In this document: positions 36,457-48,566 of the stretch, one piece after another
Layout of the letters: each line of letters begins with the position of its first letter
Position numbering within the stretch: the first letter of the stretch is position 1
Source: Elsinoe ampelina
Taxonomy: Eukaryota
Assembly: GCA_010093995.1 (NCBI GenBank)
Contig: ML992514.1
Coordinates: 527,967 to 591,966 of the forward strand
Length of the DNA stretch: 64,000 bases
Direction: 5' to 3'
Notes under the pieces: generated by a model
Databases searched by the model: none
Told to the model about the DNA's origin: nothing
What the model saw: only the letters and a program-made list of their open reading frames with translations
Translations under genes and position numbers: made by a program

Positions 36457-36851
36457 GGACTCTGATATGTGTGGTCGCTGTAAACGAGCATTTGTATGAT
36501 GTATAGTCAAAAGAGCATGATAGTGACGATCAAGATGATCGCTTTGCTGTGCCGCCCGAGCCTTCTCGCGTTGAGTAGACTACCTACTAGCCTGGTGAAA
36601 CCTCGACACCTCCTTCACGCGCTTGGCGCGCTTGCTGCGGCTGAGGCATGCATGTGGATGGCCTGAGGCATCTATTTGCATTGGCCCCTACACATGTAAA
36701 CCCGCATGCTCCCCGCTTCCTCGTGCACTTCCCATTGCGATCAACCGTACCATTAGGTTGCTGAACGCTTCGGAGCCACAGACCATGTCATGGCTTCAGC
36801 CAGTTCTGCGCGAAGCCGTATTCCACGACCAAAGTATCATATCCATAAATC

Positions 36852-37502
36852 ATGTACCGTACGCCGGCTGATGCATCTCACAGCATAACTACCAGGCGGC
36901 ACACACCTCAGACTGCGCAGAGAAATCCAGATATCACGGAAAATTCGCCGCCGGCCATTAATCATGCGCCAACCACGAACACTACTCAGATCGTGAATGA
37001 TGATCGACCATATGACGACCCAGATCGTCATGAGTCCGGTGTTTCTCTCGTTCCACCCCCGATGGTCAACCCAGCCACCGCTACTTGGAATTTACCAATC
37101 AGCGAAGCGGACCTCACGAAGATGAAAGCGGGCTATGAATCGCATCAAATGGAAGACAAGTGGGACATCCGTGTCCAAGACCCGGATCCGGACGGCGGCG
37201 TGACTTTCCGAATCAGTCGCAGCTGGGAGGGTATCGAGCACTATCTCCTCCACACCGTACCCAACGAGGACGGCGCGGGACACAAGATCGAGTCAATCAC
37301 TTGGTCACAAAACATCGAACACGTCCGTCTCTCGGAGGAGCAGGCCAAGATCGATGCGATCATTCTGTGCAGGGGTTTACTCGATTGTGTGTTTCTAGAT
37401 GTGCCGTACCTGGACTCCAGTCTGATGTATACGTATCCCGATCGCTTCGTGAGCACGGAGGCCTATCTGAATGCTATGGTGCGGCAGTATTTCAGGGGAT
37501 AG
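36852..37502 (+). CDS. Uncharacterised protein with MEDKW...SRSWxG motif
   Basis: 216-aa intronless ORF; KMKAGYESHQMEDKWDI...ISRSWEG pattern that I recognise from hypothetical proteins. Confidence 0.65.
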   Translation: MYRTPADASHSITTRRHTPQTAQRNPDITENSPPAINHAPTTNTTQIVNDDRPYDDPDRHESGVSLVPPPMVNPATATWNLPISEADLTKMKAGYESHQMEDKWDIRVQDPDPDGGVTFRISRSWEGIEHYLLHTVPNEDGAGHKIESITWSQNIEHVRLSEEQAKIDAIILCRGLLDCVFLDVPYLDSSLMYTYPDRFVSTEAYLNAMVRQYFRG

Positions 37503-38166
37503 GTCAAGAACTTGTATGTGGCATCATGCAAGCCGGCACAGGTGGTTTCGCGAGGTACTGCTAGCATACGCATATTAAGATCCTCTTCCAACATTAGGAC
37601 TAAGCTGTCATCGTAACTGTGCCACACACGTATTGTGCTCTAGTATTTTGATAGCCGGGTATGACCAGATGGTTCCGGAAACAGTCCTACATCCTACCAC
37701 TTGAACCACCTTTCGCACACCATGCCACCTTCGTTTCAGCTCTGAAACCCTCCAGCGCTGCAAAAGATCAGCAATAGCCTATGCTCCACAAGGCTGTGAT
37801 TATCCAAGCCTGGATCACCACAGCTGTCTGGCACAGCTGCCCCTGTTTGACCGCAACGTACTGGTTGCCTTACAGATATTAAACGGAGCAACTCAGCCAC
37901 TCTCAACAGCTGAGCAAGAGGGCCAAATCCTGAGTGCTTCACAACACTAGCTTTTGACTATCATGTCTTGATCCTGCTTTCATCATGTTCCTGTCACATC
38001 AGAATGGTGCAACGGACAAGTGTTACAACAAGTGTTGTTCACGGTTCATGGCGTATATATAGTCTGGCAAGGTCAATCCAAAGAAATGATACGCAGACTT
38101 ACCCATCAATAACCTTACAACCTGATCGGATTATCAATAAAGTTGACCAGCCTGAGATCGAGCAAG

Positions 38167-38895
38167 ATGCTGTGCTATCGCACCTGGTTCCCTGTCTACG
38201 CCGCTGCATGCTTGGCGTGGACTGTCCTAGCGGTCCCGCCGCCCCCGACACTCTACCGAGGAGACGAACGTAATCCAGAAGAAATCCAGAAGGCGGGAGG
38301 TTTCAAGACCAGAGTCGATGGCAAACCTTGGCTGGAGCCGATGGATGATGTGGTGAAACATTCCCAAGGTGGATATGATCGGAAAAGCAATATTATATCC
38401 ACCTCGACTAGCGAGAGGGAGGCGAAGAAATACGCAGGTCGTAATGCAGGAGGCCTGTTCGCCATCGATACCGTCGGCAACCCAAACTACGACGACGTAG
38501 GAGAAAAGCACCATGAGAGGAACGATCCATATGGACATGCCCGTGAACGAGAGTGGGGCCACCACGGCAACCTACCGTGGACCGACGTGAAGAAGCCAAG
38601 GGCAAAGGTCGATGGAAAATGGCAGCCCTTTGTGGACAACCCAAGCTATAAGCCCAGGGTTCCCCCCGAGGGTCAAGGGGAGTCCTCCGCTGGAAAGCCA
38701 CCAACAAAAGAGACATCTGGTGCATCGAAAGCAGGGCCTTCCTCCGTACAGTCCGAGACCAAGATCCCCAAGCCGCCGCCTGTACAGACTGGATTACCCA
38801 CCAAGCCCTCCGCCCCGCCACTGGCTGGTCAAAAACCGAGTCGTGTCCCTGGCCCAACAAAGGGAGGAGGCAGCAAGAGACCGGCGAAGCTTTGA
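38167..38895 (+). CDS. Secreted ADP-ribosyltransferase (heat-labile enterotoxin A / R-S-E clade) with Pro-rich tail
   Basis: Signal peptide MLCYRTWFPVYAAACLAWTVLA; LYRGDERNPEEIQKAGGF (R), IISTSTS (S-T-S), HAREREW (E-x-E). TATA-like TATATATAG at ~38054. Confidence 0.85.
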   Translation: MLCYRTWFPVYAAACLAWTVLAVPPPPTLYRGDERNPEEIQKAGGFKTRVDGKPWLEPMDDVVKHSQGGYDRKSNIISTSTSEREAKKYAGRNAGGLFAIDTVGNPNYDDVGEKHHERNDPYGHAREREWGHHGNLPWTDVKKPRAKVDGKWQPFVDNPSYKPRVPPEGQGESSAGKPPTKETSGASKAGPSSVQSETKIPKPPPVQTGLPTKPSAPPLAGQKPSRVPGPTKGGGSKRPAKL

Positions 38896-40951
38896 TGGCT
38901 ATGACAATGCAGTGGAAGAATTAGAGTGTCGGCTGGCCCGACGAGACGGATGCACTTCAAACTGGTACGCGAGTAGAATGATCGATTTCTGTAGTCCACG
39001 AAATAGAACGAGTGTCGTTTCAGGTACGGATAGTGAGTCTGCACGACTGTGGCCGGATATGCCCTGCAGGAAGCATTGAGATTCATGAGCCGTACCAAAA
39101 TGCTCACTGCCTCAATTCTGAAACCCCAGACGCTATTATGCGTCGATGATCACATGAATGTTGTGGGAATTGTCACGGAGAAGGCAGAGACTGCGGATGG
39201 CGATAGATTTTTCCCGCCATGCAACAGGGCAAGGCTAGCCGTGCCTCTTCGGCTGGCCTTGCGCAAAGAAAAGCATCACACAGACCTTCGGCTTCGGCTC
39301 GCTGACAGAGGGCCAAACTCTCGACAGACCACGCTTCATCTCTTCCATGTCACGACGACAATATCACAGTCGTTCTCGCGCGCCTGAACATGTCTCTTTT
39401 GCAGAGCGTGTATGCATCCGACTGGAGATGCTTTCCTGCCAAGCCCAGGTCCCAATCCCCTTGTTCCTGGCTGGCGCTGAAAACGTCTCGTGGTGCCACC
39501 ACCAATCGCCACAGAAAAGGCGTCCTGTCTTCCCTAGGACCTGCATGAAGTACAGCTCATTTCGTTAAAGAATCTTCTTCCAAACTAGAACTTGTTTCCT
39601 GATTAGTTCCCCCCAGCCGCATGTCATTAGAGCTCTCTGCTCTGATTTCATCACTGACGCCACGTTTTTGCAGATCTGCTGGTTGCATCTGGATATAGTT
39701 TACCGACAAGACAACAGGCGAGACGGCTATTCCTTCTGATCTTGACCTACATAGAGAAGATCGGCCTAATATCCTTCACGGCCTGTTCTGGCTCGAGGTG
39801 AGGAGGCCACGTTGTTACCATGCAAGGCGACCAAGTCAATTCTGCGTGGCGGACGGAAACGATGTCTTTATGCTCTTTCAGATAGTCTGCATGGACTTTG
39901 ATCGTACTTTGGAGGATTCTATTCATGTTCCTAAAGCCACAAGGTTCGGGGATGCCTACACGTCTTACAACCACGTCCGGCCGGTCGCTCGCGTACTCTT
40001 CTTTCGAAGACAGCTGTGCATGGTCACTCGACGAACCAAAGTCTTAGAAAAGCTCATTTGTATGTCCATGTGGCGTCTTTGACCTATCGTGGAAGATTCA
40101 GACGCTTCGAGCGCCGACATTGGCATGCCGTCTCCAAGGCCCTTTTCCATCTTTGCTCACGAGGTTGTGGGTAAACACGCCTTTCGCCTTTCCAATTCAT
40201 CAGGATCACCGCTCTTATGTGATTGCATGCCATGGAGGGTCTCCCCTAGAAATGGATAATACCAAGGCCGCCAGAAGGACCCTGCCTACAGACCCAGAGT
40301 CGGAGAGCAGGAGGGACCAGGCGAAGGACGGGCCCCTCCCCCAGACCAGCAGTCCCCCAATCAGCAGCCTAATAGCCGTATTCCACCTCCGACTGGTGAT
40401 CGCGGTCCTACTAACCCCCGCCCTTCCACTGGCCGGAGTGGTATTCCTGCCCCAACCTTCCCTTGTGGGAGAGGGAGACGGTGCTAGCGGTCGGAGAAGG
40501 AGTAGCTTCGGCGAATAGGGGACAGGGGACCGGGCATTCGTCGGCTGGTTCGACTGTGTGGCCGCTGCCCTGTCATGGACTTGCCACGTGGGACATCGGG
40601 CGTTGGGATGGCATTTTGCTGGTTGTGAGAGCAGATGGCTGTTTTGATTTTCCCTGTTTTGATAGAACGCAATGCTGTTTTCCATAGACCATGACCTCCT
40701 CTGCTTTGAGCTAGTCAATTACATTCGTTGTGTGCGGGCTCTTCTGCGTGTCAATAATTGTTGTGAACGGGGCGACGGGCCGCATCTTCCGAAGATCACG
40801 TGCTACCCATCAATCTCCGCATCCTTCTCCTTGCATAGACATCCTTGCATACTCGTTTGCCTTATTACGAAGCCTCATCATGAACAACGCATCGTGCTGG
40901 ACGCGAATATCGGCGTCGCTATTTAAGCATGGATCTCCTGGTAGATCCAGC

Positions 40952-41902
40952 ATGTCCCCTGTGCCCGTCTACCAACGCCTCCTCACATCTCTTCGCCTTT
41001 CAAGATCGATGCGAACGCTTCACTACTCAAGAACAACATCGAATAAGACTGTAACGAAGATGAGCGGCACATGCTTCCTCGGTGCCCCCTCCCGCCGAAC
41101 ATTCACCACCTTCCCTCGCCGCCCGACCCTGCATCAGCATCCACCACCAAAGCCCACGCCCTTCCTCTCCCGCCTCAACAACACCATCCTCCACCTCCGC
41201 CCGCACCCCTCCCAGCCTCGGTTCTACACCACCTCCCCCCGTCGCCCCTCCAGCACCCCCGCCTTCACCCTCCTCCTCACCCTCAACGCCCTCCCCTTCC
41301 TCATCACCACCCTCGCCTCCCTCCCCTCCGCCTCCCCCCTCCTCACCAAAACCGCCACCTGGCTCCGCTCCAACTCCGTCTTCACCTTCGCCTCGGCGGC
41401 AGACAAACCCTGGACCTTCCTCACCTCAGGCTTCATGCACGCCAACCTCTTCCACATCTTCTTCAACATGTTCACCCTCCGCACAGGGCTGGAGATACTC
41501 TCCCACACCGCGCCACGCCTCACCCCCGTCGGGATGGTGGGGCTGCACCTCGCCGGCGTGTTCGGCGGGACGGCGGTGTCGTGGTTTTCCACACGGAGGC
41601 AGGTCGTGCGGGCCAAGGACAGCGGGGATCGCGTGGGCCAGTACAGGGCTGAGCAGAGGGGGTACGTGGGGGCGTCGGCCGGGGTGACGGGGGTGCTCGT
41701 GGCGGCGGCGTTGGTGGCGCCGAGGTTCCCGATACAGATCATGTTGGTGCCGGTCAATGTGCCGCTTGCCGGGGCGGTGGCGGGGTTTTTGTTCTTGGAT
41801 GCGTATCTTGTCGGGGATCCGATGAGTGTGGTCGCGCATGAGGGGCATCTTGGTGGCGCGCTGGCGGGGGGGTTGTTTTGGTTGGCGAGGTTGAGGAGGT
41901 GA
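40952..41902 (+). CDS. Rhomboid intramembrane serine protease (mitochondrial Pcp1/PARL-like); start uncertain
   Basis: PWTFLTSGFMHANLFHIFFNM, GASAG (catalytic Ser), AHEGHLGG (catalytic His), Arg-rich presequence. Confidence 0.85.
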   Translation: MSPVPVYQRLLTSLRLSRSMRTLHYSRTTSNKTVTKMSGTCFLGAPSRRTFTTFPRRPTLHQHPPPKPTPFLSRLNNTILHLRPHPSQPRFYTTSPRRPSSTPAFTLLLTLNALPFLITTLASLPSASPLLTKTATWLRSNSVFTFASAADKPWTFLTSGFMHANLFHIFFNMFTLRTGLEILSHTAPRLTPVGMVGLHLAGVFGGTAVSWFSTRRQVVRAKDSGDRVGQYRAEQRGYVGASAGVTGVLVAAALVAPRFPIQIMLVPVNVPLAGAVAGFLFLDAYLVGDPMSVVAHEGHLGGALAGGLFWLARLRR

Positions 41903-42190
41903 TTTGTGGGAAGGGATGGGGGAGGGAGTGGGTAGGTGACGATGATGATGATGGTGGTGAGGTGTTTGTCAAGACTTGGGGACAGGTAGAATGGTCGAGA
42001 TGGTGGTGTAGTACTAAAAAAGTTGAGCAGGAGTAGTTTGGCAAATGGGATACATTGGCGACGAGGAATGATACAGGCACATGGGTAGACACATCATTTC
42101 GGTAGGCATTCTCAGGCGAGCATCTTTATTTCGTTCATCGGGCTCTATTCGCAAGATTTGTGGTCTGCTTCCTCAGACTCTTCTTGACTT

Positions 42191-44072
42191 CTACTTCTTC
42201 AAAGCGGCCTTGACCAATTGCTTGAAGTTCGGAGTACCAAAGCCAGTGACGGCATCCCAGCCAGCCTGAGCAGGGAACCCGTCGGTGTTGCAGCCGAAGC
42301 TGGATCCGATAGTCACATCGGTGAAGGTCTTGTAGGCAGTGCTGTACAGCCATGGGTTGACGAAACCGAGAGGGGACTTGCCGGCAGCGAGCAGGGCGTC
42401 GTTGACAAGAGCGAGAATGCCGGCGACAGTAGGGCTTGAGGCGCTGGTTCCGCCGACTCGGGTGATGTTACTATTCAAATAGTCAGTGCATGTCTTTTGT
42501 AAACGATGTGCCGGTTGCAACTTACCCAGCATAGATAATGACATCGAGGTTACCCTGAGCGGAGATATCTGGGTATGCTCGGCCCTTCTTGTTGTACAGG
42601 CCATCGTACAGACCGTTCAAGCTCTTGATGTACTTGTTGACGGTTGAGGCTTGGTAAGCTGGCTGCGCGAAGTAGTTGCTGAAACCGGCGCCGGAGGCGA
42701 AGCGGGTTACGGCAGTCTCGGGATTGAAGTTGGCAGTAGCTCCAATAGAAGTGACCCAGGGGCAGGAGGTAGGAAAATCGGGAGTGAACTTGGTGGTGTT
42801 CTTGCCGTCGTTGGAAAAGCAAGTATCGTCTCCACCTACACCAGCATCACCGGAAGAGACCAGGTAGGTGATACCGCGAGCACCAAGCTGAGCGAAACCG
42901 GCACAGGCACGCTCAGCATAGGATCTTGGGACAGTCTGTTCATCATCGCCGTAGGAAGAGCTGAAGACGAGTGGCAGGTCCCTCCTGGCAAGAGCGACGT
43001 TGAGGAAGGCAAGATACGGCTCGTTGGTGTCTGTCGGCGTGCTCAACGAGGGGATGAAAGGTGGGCTGCCACCAGTGGAGAAAGCAGTCAAGGGAGTAGG
43101 GTAGCTGATACCGAGGACAAGCTGAGCATCGAGGTTGCCCTCGACGTTCGCATCTGCAGCCACAAACTCTGTGATGTTGGGTCCCTGGTAGTTGGGAGCG
43201 TTGTCAATGATCACAAATTTGAACTCGTCTGCGGCGGCGACCGCCTCAGGTCGGAACTGCTGAAGGAAGGTCCTGGCGTCATCACGACGGTTGGTCTCGT
43301 TCAAGTAGTTGTTGATTGCCACAGAGTTCTTGTCCGCTGCCTTGGCCTTGTAATCGATTGTGCCGTAAACAGTGCGGAGGCACTCAAGCGTAACGAAAGT
43401 GGCGTTGCAGACCGCGGTAACGTTGGCTGGAGCGGCAGGGTGCTTGCCATACTTGTGCTGACCTTCACGCTCCCACCACGACTTCTCGTTCTGGGACAAT
43501 TGTTGGCGGACCGGCTTGAACTCGGCACGGGGAGTGAGGAATGATGTGGTTGGTTGAATGACGTCGATGTGCTCATGGAGATGGACCGGGAGAGACCATT
43601 CTGGGGCACGGTTGGCGACATGTCCATCGCGGTGCTGGAACTTCGAGTATGTCGTTTGTAGAAGCTTCTCAGCCTTCTCGACAGGGATAACAACAGAGAT
43701 CCAGTCCTTTGCAGGTGAGAAAGCAGTTTCGCTAATACCATGCTCAATCAACCAGTTGTGAACGCTGGAGATTGTCGCATCTGATGGTCGGATGATATCC
43801 GCAACTTCATCGACGCTGAGGTGCTTGCCATAGCGCTCGTGCTCAGGGTTGGAGACCTCAAGCAGGTGGCGCTCGACGGAGCCGGGGTTGCTTTGTCTGA
43901 GACCAATCTGCAGGTTGATTGTGTCGGTCTTCTCGGCCGGACCTAGGTGTCGCCATGATGCGGGTACAGGATGACGCTCCTTTACGGCGTAGTTGGAGCC
44001 CGAGGGGAAAGCGACCACACCGACAGAGGCAGTGATGGCTCCGAGAGCTGTAGCAAGTCTGAAGATCGCCAT
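42191..44072 (-). CDS. Secreted tripeptidyl peptidase / sedolisin (S53)
   Basis: Signal peptide, pro-kumamolisin prodomain, EGNLD, SSGDAG, GGTSAS, GWDAVTGFGTP; intron 42471-42525. Confidence 0.93.
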
Positions 44073-45079
44073 GCTGGAGGATACTGTAGAACGTAACGAA
44101 AAGTGTTCTCAACAGGACAAAATCACGGGGACCAGGCGGCTATTGTATAGTGCCCCTCCATACCTACCACCACTACATGACATGCCGCATACGAGGGGGC
44201 TTTGCAGAGCATGTCGAAATTGCATTAGCATCTTGCGTATGACGATGATTGTCGACCAGAAGCAGAAGGTGTGTAGAATCGAAATGATGGAAGTCGGCTA
44301 AACCAGAGATTATCACGTCAACAGAAGAAGATAAGCTTTGCATGTCGGCCTCGGTGCGAAATGGCATTCCTGCTTCGGTTTAGCGTAAGCAATATGGCTT
44401 GCCATTTACCCCGCCAAATGCAACATTCGACTTGTCAAGCCCGTCAAGCATTCTTTGCCAAAGCTTGATAAAAGCTTGGAATGGTGAGCGATGGGCAGTG
44501 CCTGATCCCAGCAATCAATCATTAATCGCGCAGCATCGGGGAGATTGGTCCGCCACCACAAGCGTGGAATACATTTCGGCTATGATGCCGCAGATTGCCG
44601 GAGCTGTCGTCCATCGTCGCTGTGATCGAAAGTATGGAGAGCGGCTCGCATTCGACCATATCGCGTCGGGGACCAGGGAATCGTTGTCGCTCTCTTTGTA
44701 CTTGACCAATATGGTGTGAACCGGTGGGGCAACTTGTCCAGTACCTCCAGCAGGCAATTTGTCGTATCAGCAAGCTGAGTGATAGTCGGGCATATTACAG
44801 AATGACGTCTGCCACAGGTCCTGCAGCTACAGCCAGATCGGCATTCGACGAGTATCTCATGGCTTGGTCTGGGCCTCGTTGAAAGTGTACTGCCAGAGCT
44901 TGCAAAGCTTCGTTCCACGGGCAGATACCACCAGATCTGAGTTCATATGCCTGGTAGAAATTCCAACTACACTGCCACCCCTGGTCGTGATCCTGTCATC
45001 AGTATATGAGTCCAGCACGAGAGTCTGGTAGTTGTAGTGATGAGTTAGGGCTTGAACTGTCTCGGGGTGGCAGAGCCCT

Positions 45080-45339
45080 TGTTGACTTGTGTGGGGGAGG
45101 AAAAAGGATTGATTACTGCCTAATCCACCAAACTGAGGTGGATTGTAACTATATAAATACTTAACCTAATGAACTAAGAGATGGCTAAATCAATAGAACT
45201 CCTGAATAATAACAGATTAAGACAATAACTATCTAATTTAATTATAAACTAGTAGAGTAGTAGATAAGTGTTTAGTTCTACTAGGGGATAAACTAAATTA
45301 GGGTCCTTCTTAGCGCTCTAGCTTATACCTCGGTTAATA
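45080..45339 (-). repeat. Copia 3' LTR
   Basis: Colinear with 56406-56665, differing by C>T/G>A transitions. Confidence 0.93.
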
Positions 45340-47494
45340 TACCCCTTTACTAAATAGCTATAAGGCTGTTATAGCTAGTTAGTAGACTACTAACTCGAGG
45401 GATAGCTATTATAAGAAGGCCTTATACCTTCTAGGTAGTAATAACTTAGTTAAACTATTAGCTAAGGTGTCTACTAATAGTGTCTATGTTACTAAGATAG
45501 AGCTAGATAGATCTCTAGCTAGATTAATCTCTTATCTTAGCTAGTAATAATAGATATTAACATAATAAAGACATATATTAAGCTTCTTAATTAGACTAGT
45601 AATAAGGCTAATTATTTACTAATTGTTACACTAAATACTAATATACTTAAGGAGATAAATAGAGGCTATTAGCCTCCTTTACTATATAGCTTGCTTAGTA
45701 GTCTCTATAAGAGTAAGTAGCTTAGCCTCTATAGTTAATATTATAACTATTAGTTGCTTTATAGCCTTCTAGTTAATTAATCCTTAAAACATCTTAAAGA
45801 GATAGCCTTAAAGGCTCTTCCTTGTTAGGTAGCTACTAAAGCTAGTATCTAATAAAGCTTAAAAGATTAGTAGTAGTATTAAGCTATTAAAGGTAAGAGC
45901 TAAATTCTTAGTTTTATAGAGATATTAGATTACTCTATTTACTATCCTCTAGTAAGTTAGTAATAGATTTATTAGATACTCTAACAATCTAGAAGTAGCA
46001 AAGGCTATATTAGGCCTTATAATAACTGCTATAAAGTTAATAGATCTTACCTTTTACTAATATAAGTAAATCTCTTATAGTAATACTTAGCCTTTATAAG
46101 GTTAAAGTATCTTAATTAGTAGTAGTATTAATACTAGCCTTATTAGTTCTATAATAAACTTGCTATATATCTATTATATATACTAGGCTTAGCTAAGCTA
46201 GAGTCTCTTTATTAGTCTATCCCTTATAACTTTAATAGCTAGAAACTAGCTTAGATCTTTAAGTATCTTTATCTTATATTTAGTATAGAGGGCTATAATA
46301 ATAGTATTAGCTTTCTCCTTATGCTTCTTAAGATATATAATAGTAATATTATCTACAAAGAAGAAGATTATTACTTTAAGTATTATCTAGAGGTATAGAG
46401 CCTTAGAGGCTTAAGTAAATCTAATACTCTTTAGAGTAGTAGTAAATTTAGTATACTAGAGAGCTAGGGCTTACTTTAGGCTATATAGTGCCTTATTAAG
46501 CAATAGAATTGCCTCTAATAAAGTAATACTAGGATAGTCCTTTATAAGATTCTCTACTACTAGCTTAAATCTAGTAGAGATAGTATAGTAGATAGTCTTA
46601 TTAATAGGACTATTAATATAGGCATTAACAATATCTATCTAGATAGCCTTTATATCTTTATAAGCAAGTAATACTATAAGTATTCTAAAGATCTTAGCTG
46701 CTAGAGTTGCTATATAAATCTTAGATTCTGTTAATTAGAGATTATCTCTTATATAGACTCTTACTTTATACTTTATAACCTCTCCTTTATTATTAACTTT
46801 ATAGGTAAATACCTATATTAAAGAGATAGGCTTACTAGTAGCTTAAGCTACTAGTATAATAGTCTATATATATTTTAAGTATAAAGTAAGTAATTTAACC
46901 TTTATAGCCTCTTAAAATTACTTCTTATAAGAATAAGCCTTAAGTTCTCTAATATTAGCTAGTAGTAGTAGAAGATTATCCCTTAATTCTAGCTTAGGCT
47001 AAGTTAGTATTATTAATAGATAAGCATTAAAGGCTTAGTAATATCTAGGAGCCTTATTAGTTTATATAAGGGTAGTAATATATACTTACCTTCTTAGTTT
47101 TCTTATTCTTCTTATTATAAAAATATATTTAGAAAGAAAATTAGCTAACCTTATAGCAATTCTTTAAGGGGGTTACTTAGGCTAAGCTTTAACTACCCCT
47201 TTAGTCTAAACTTCTATCTTATCTCCTTTAGCTTCATCTCCTCCTAGTAGTAGAGGAGATAGCTATACTACTATAGATAGTAGTAAGGCTAGAGCATTAA
47301 AGAACTATTTATTTAGTAAAGATTCCTAGATCTAAGCTAGGTTTAGATCTAGAATAGCCTTATCTAATTAGTCTAATAGAGGTAGTAACTAATCTAGTGT
47401 AATAGAGTAACCCTTATCTAGCTACTAAGATAGGCTTAGCTCTTAATCTAGATTACTCTAACTTAGAGTCTAAGATAGTATCTAGTTCGGCTAC

Positions 47495-47638
47495 TAAACT
47501 AGATTCTAAACTAGATTCTAAACTAGATACTAAACTAGATTCTAAACTAGATACTAAACTAGATACTAAACTAGATACTAAACTAGATACTAAACTAGAT
47601 ACTAAACTAGATACTAAACTAGATACTAAACTAGATTT
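47495..47638. repeat. 12-bp tandem repeat (12 x TAAACTAGAT[A/T]C) in the Copia integrase-RT linker
   Basis: Directly visible; a 12-nt period preserves the reading frame. Confidence 0.9.
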
Positions 47639-48566
47639 AGTTTAGTTATTCCCTCTACTTTAGACACCCCTTTAGATTTATTAACCTCCTATAGGAGCCT
47701 TAGTAGATTAAGTAATCTAATTAGTTTTAGCTAAGGTTGTTCCTCTAGCTTATAGAACTAAGTTTTATTAAATCTAANNNNNNNNNNTTCCTCTAGCTTA
47801 TAGAACTAAGTTTTATTAAATCTAACATCTCTTATTCTAATAACCTTCTTAGAGGCTAGTATAAAGATCCTAAAGATGTTAGTTAAGTTATAGCTAACTA
47901 GATAGCTAATGTAAGCCCTTAGTATAAGCTTGTTACTACTTATAATAAGCTTATCTAAAGCATAAGCTTTATATCTAAGTAGCCTAAGATAAGTAACTAA
48001 TAGAGGGCATCTATAAACTAGCTTAAAAGAAGTCTTCTAGTCTAGCTTCTTAAGAGGTGTTCTATTAATTAGATAGGCTACTAATCTATATAGTTTAGAG
48101 TGTAATTCCTTTAGTAGATTAGTAAAGATAGTAATTGCCCTTACTCTTCTTAATAGTATAACTCTTATCCTTTTATTGTAACTATTCTAAGCTTAAGTAT
48201 AGGGAGTAAATAGCTTATAATAGATTCCTTTACTGTCTAGGAAGATAGTAAATTTAAGGCTAAAGGCCCTCTTATTATTACTCCTAAGGAATNNNNNNNN
48301 NNNNNNNNNNNNNNNNNNNNNNNNNNNNNNNNNNNNNNNNNNNNNNNNNNNNNNNNNNNNNNNNNNNNNNNNNNNNNNNNNNNNNNNNNNNNNNNNNNNN
48401 NNNNNNNNNNNNAGCTCCTTAATATAATCTACTAAGTATTTAATAGCTTACAAGTCTAATATAGAGACCTAAGATAAATTAGTTAAGCTAAACTAGGCTT
48501 AGTTAGAGTTAGTTTACTACTAACTATAGTAGTTAGAAGGTGATTAACAGACTCTAAGCTTAGATA

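Noticed and set aside
39000..40700. Scattered short ORFs, possible decayed gene next to the ART
   Set aside because: No coherent frame, splice pattern or recognisable motif could be assembled.
41071..41687. Pro/His-rich and extensin-like alternative-frame ORFs
   Set aside because: By-products of C-rich codon usage in the rhomboid gene.
42651..43544. 297-aa antisense ORF (similarly 57764-58510 opposite DHH1)
   Set aside because: Shadow ORFs opposite strongly codon-biased genes, with no domain signal.
47495..47638. Regular repeat array that could be mistaken for CRISPR or telomeric repeats
   Set aside because: No spacers; it is a frame-preserving 12-bp minisatellite inside a retrotransposon pol linker in a eukaryote.
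47740..47825. 38-bp direct repeat flanking a 10-N gap
   Set aside because: Identical sequence on both sides of a scaffold gap indicates unmerged contig overlap, an assembly artefact.
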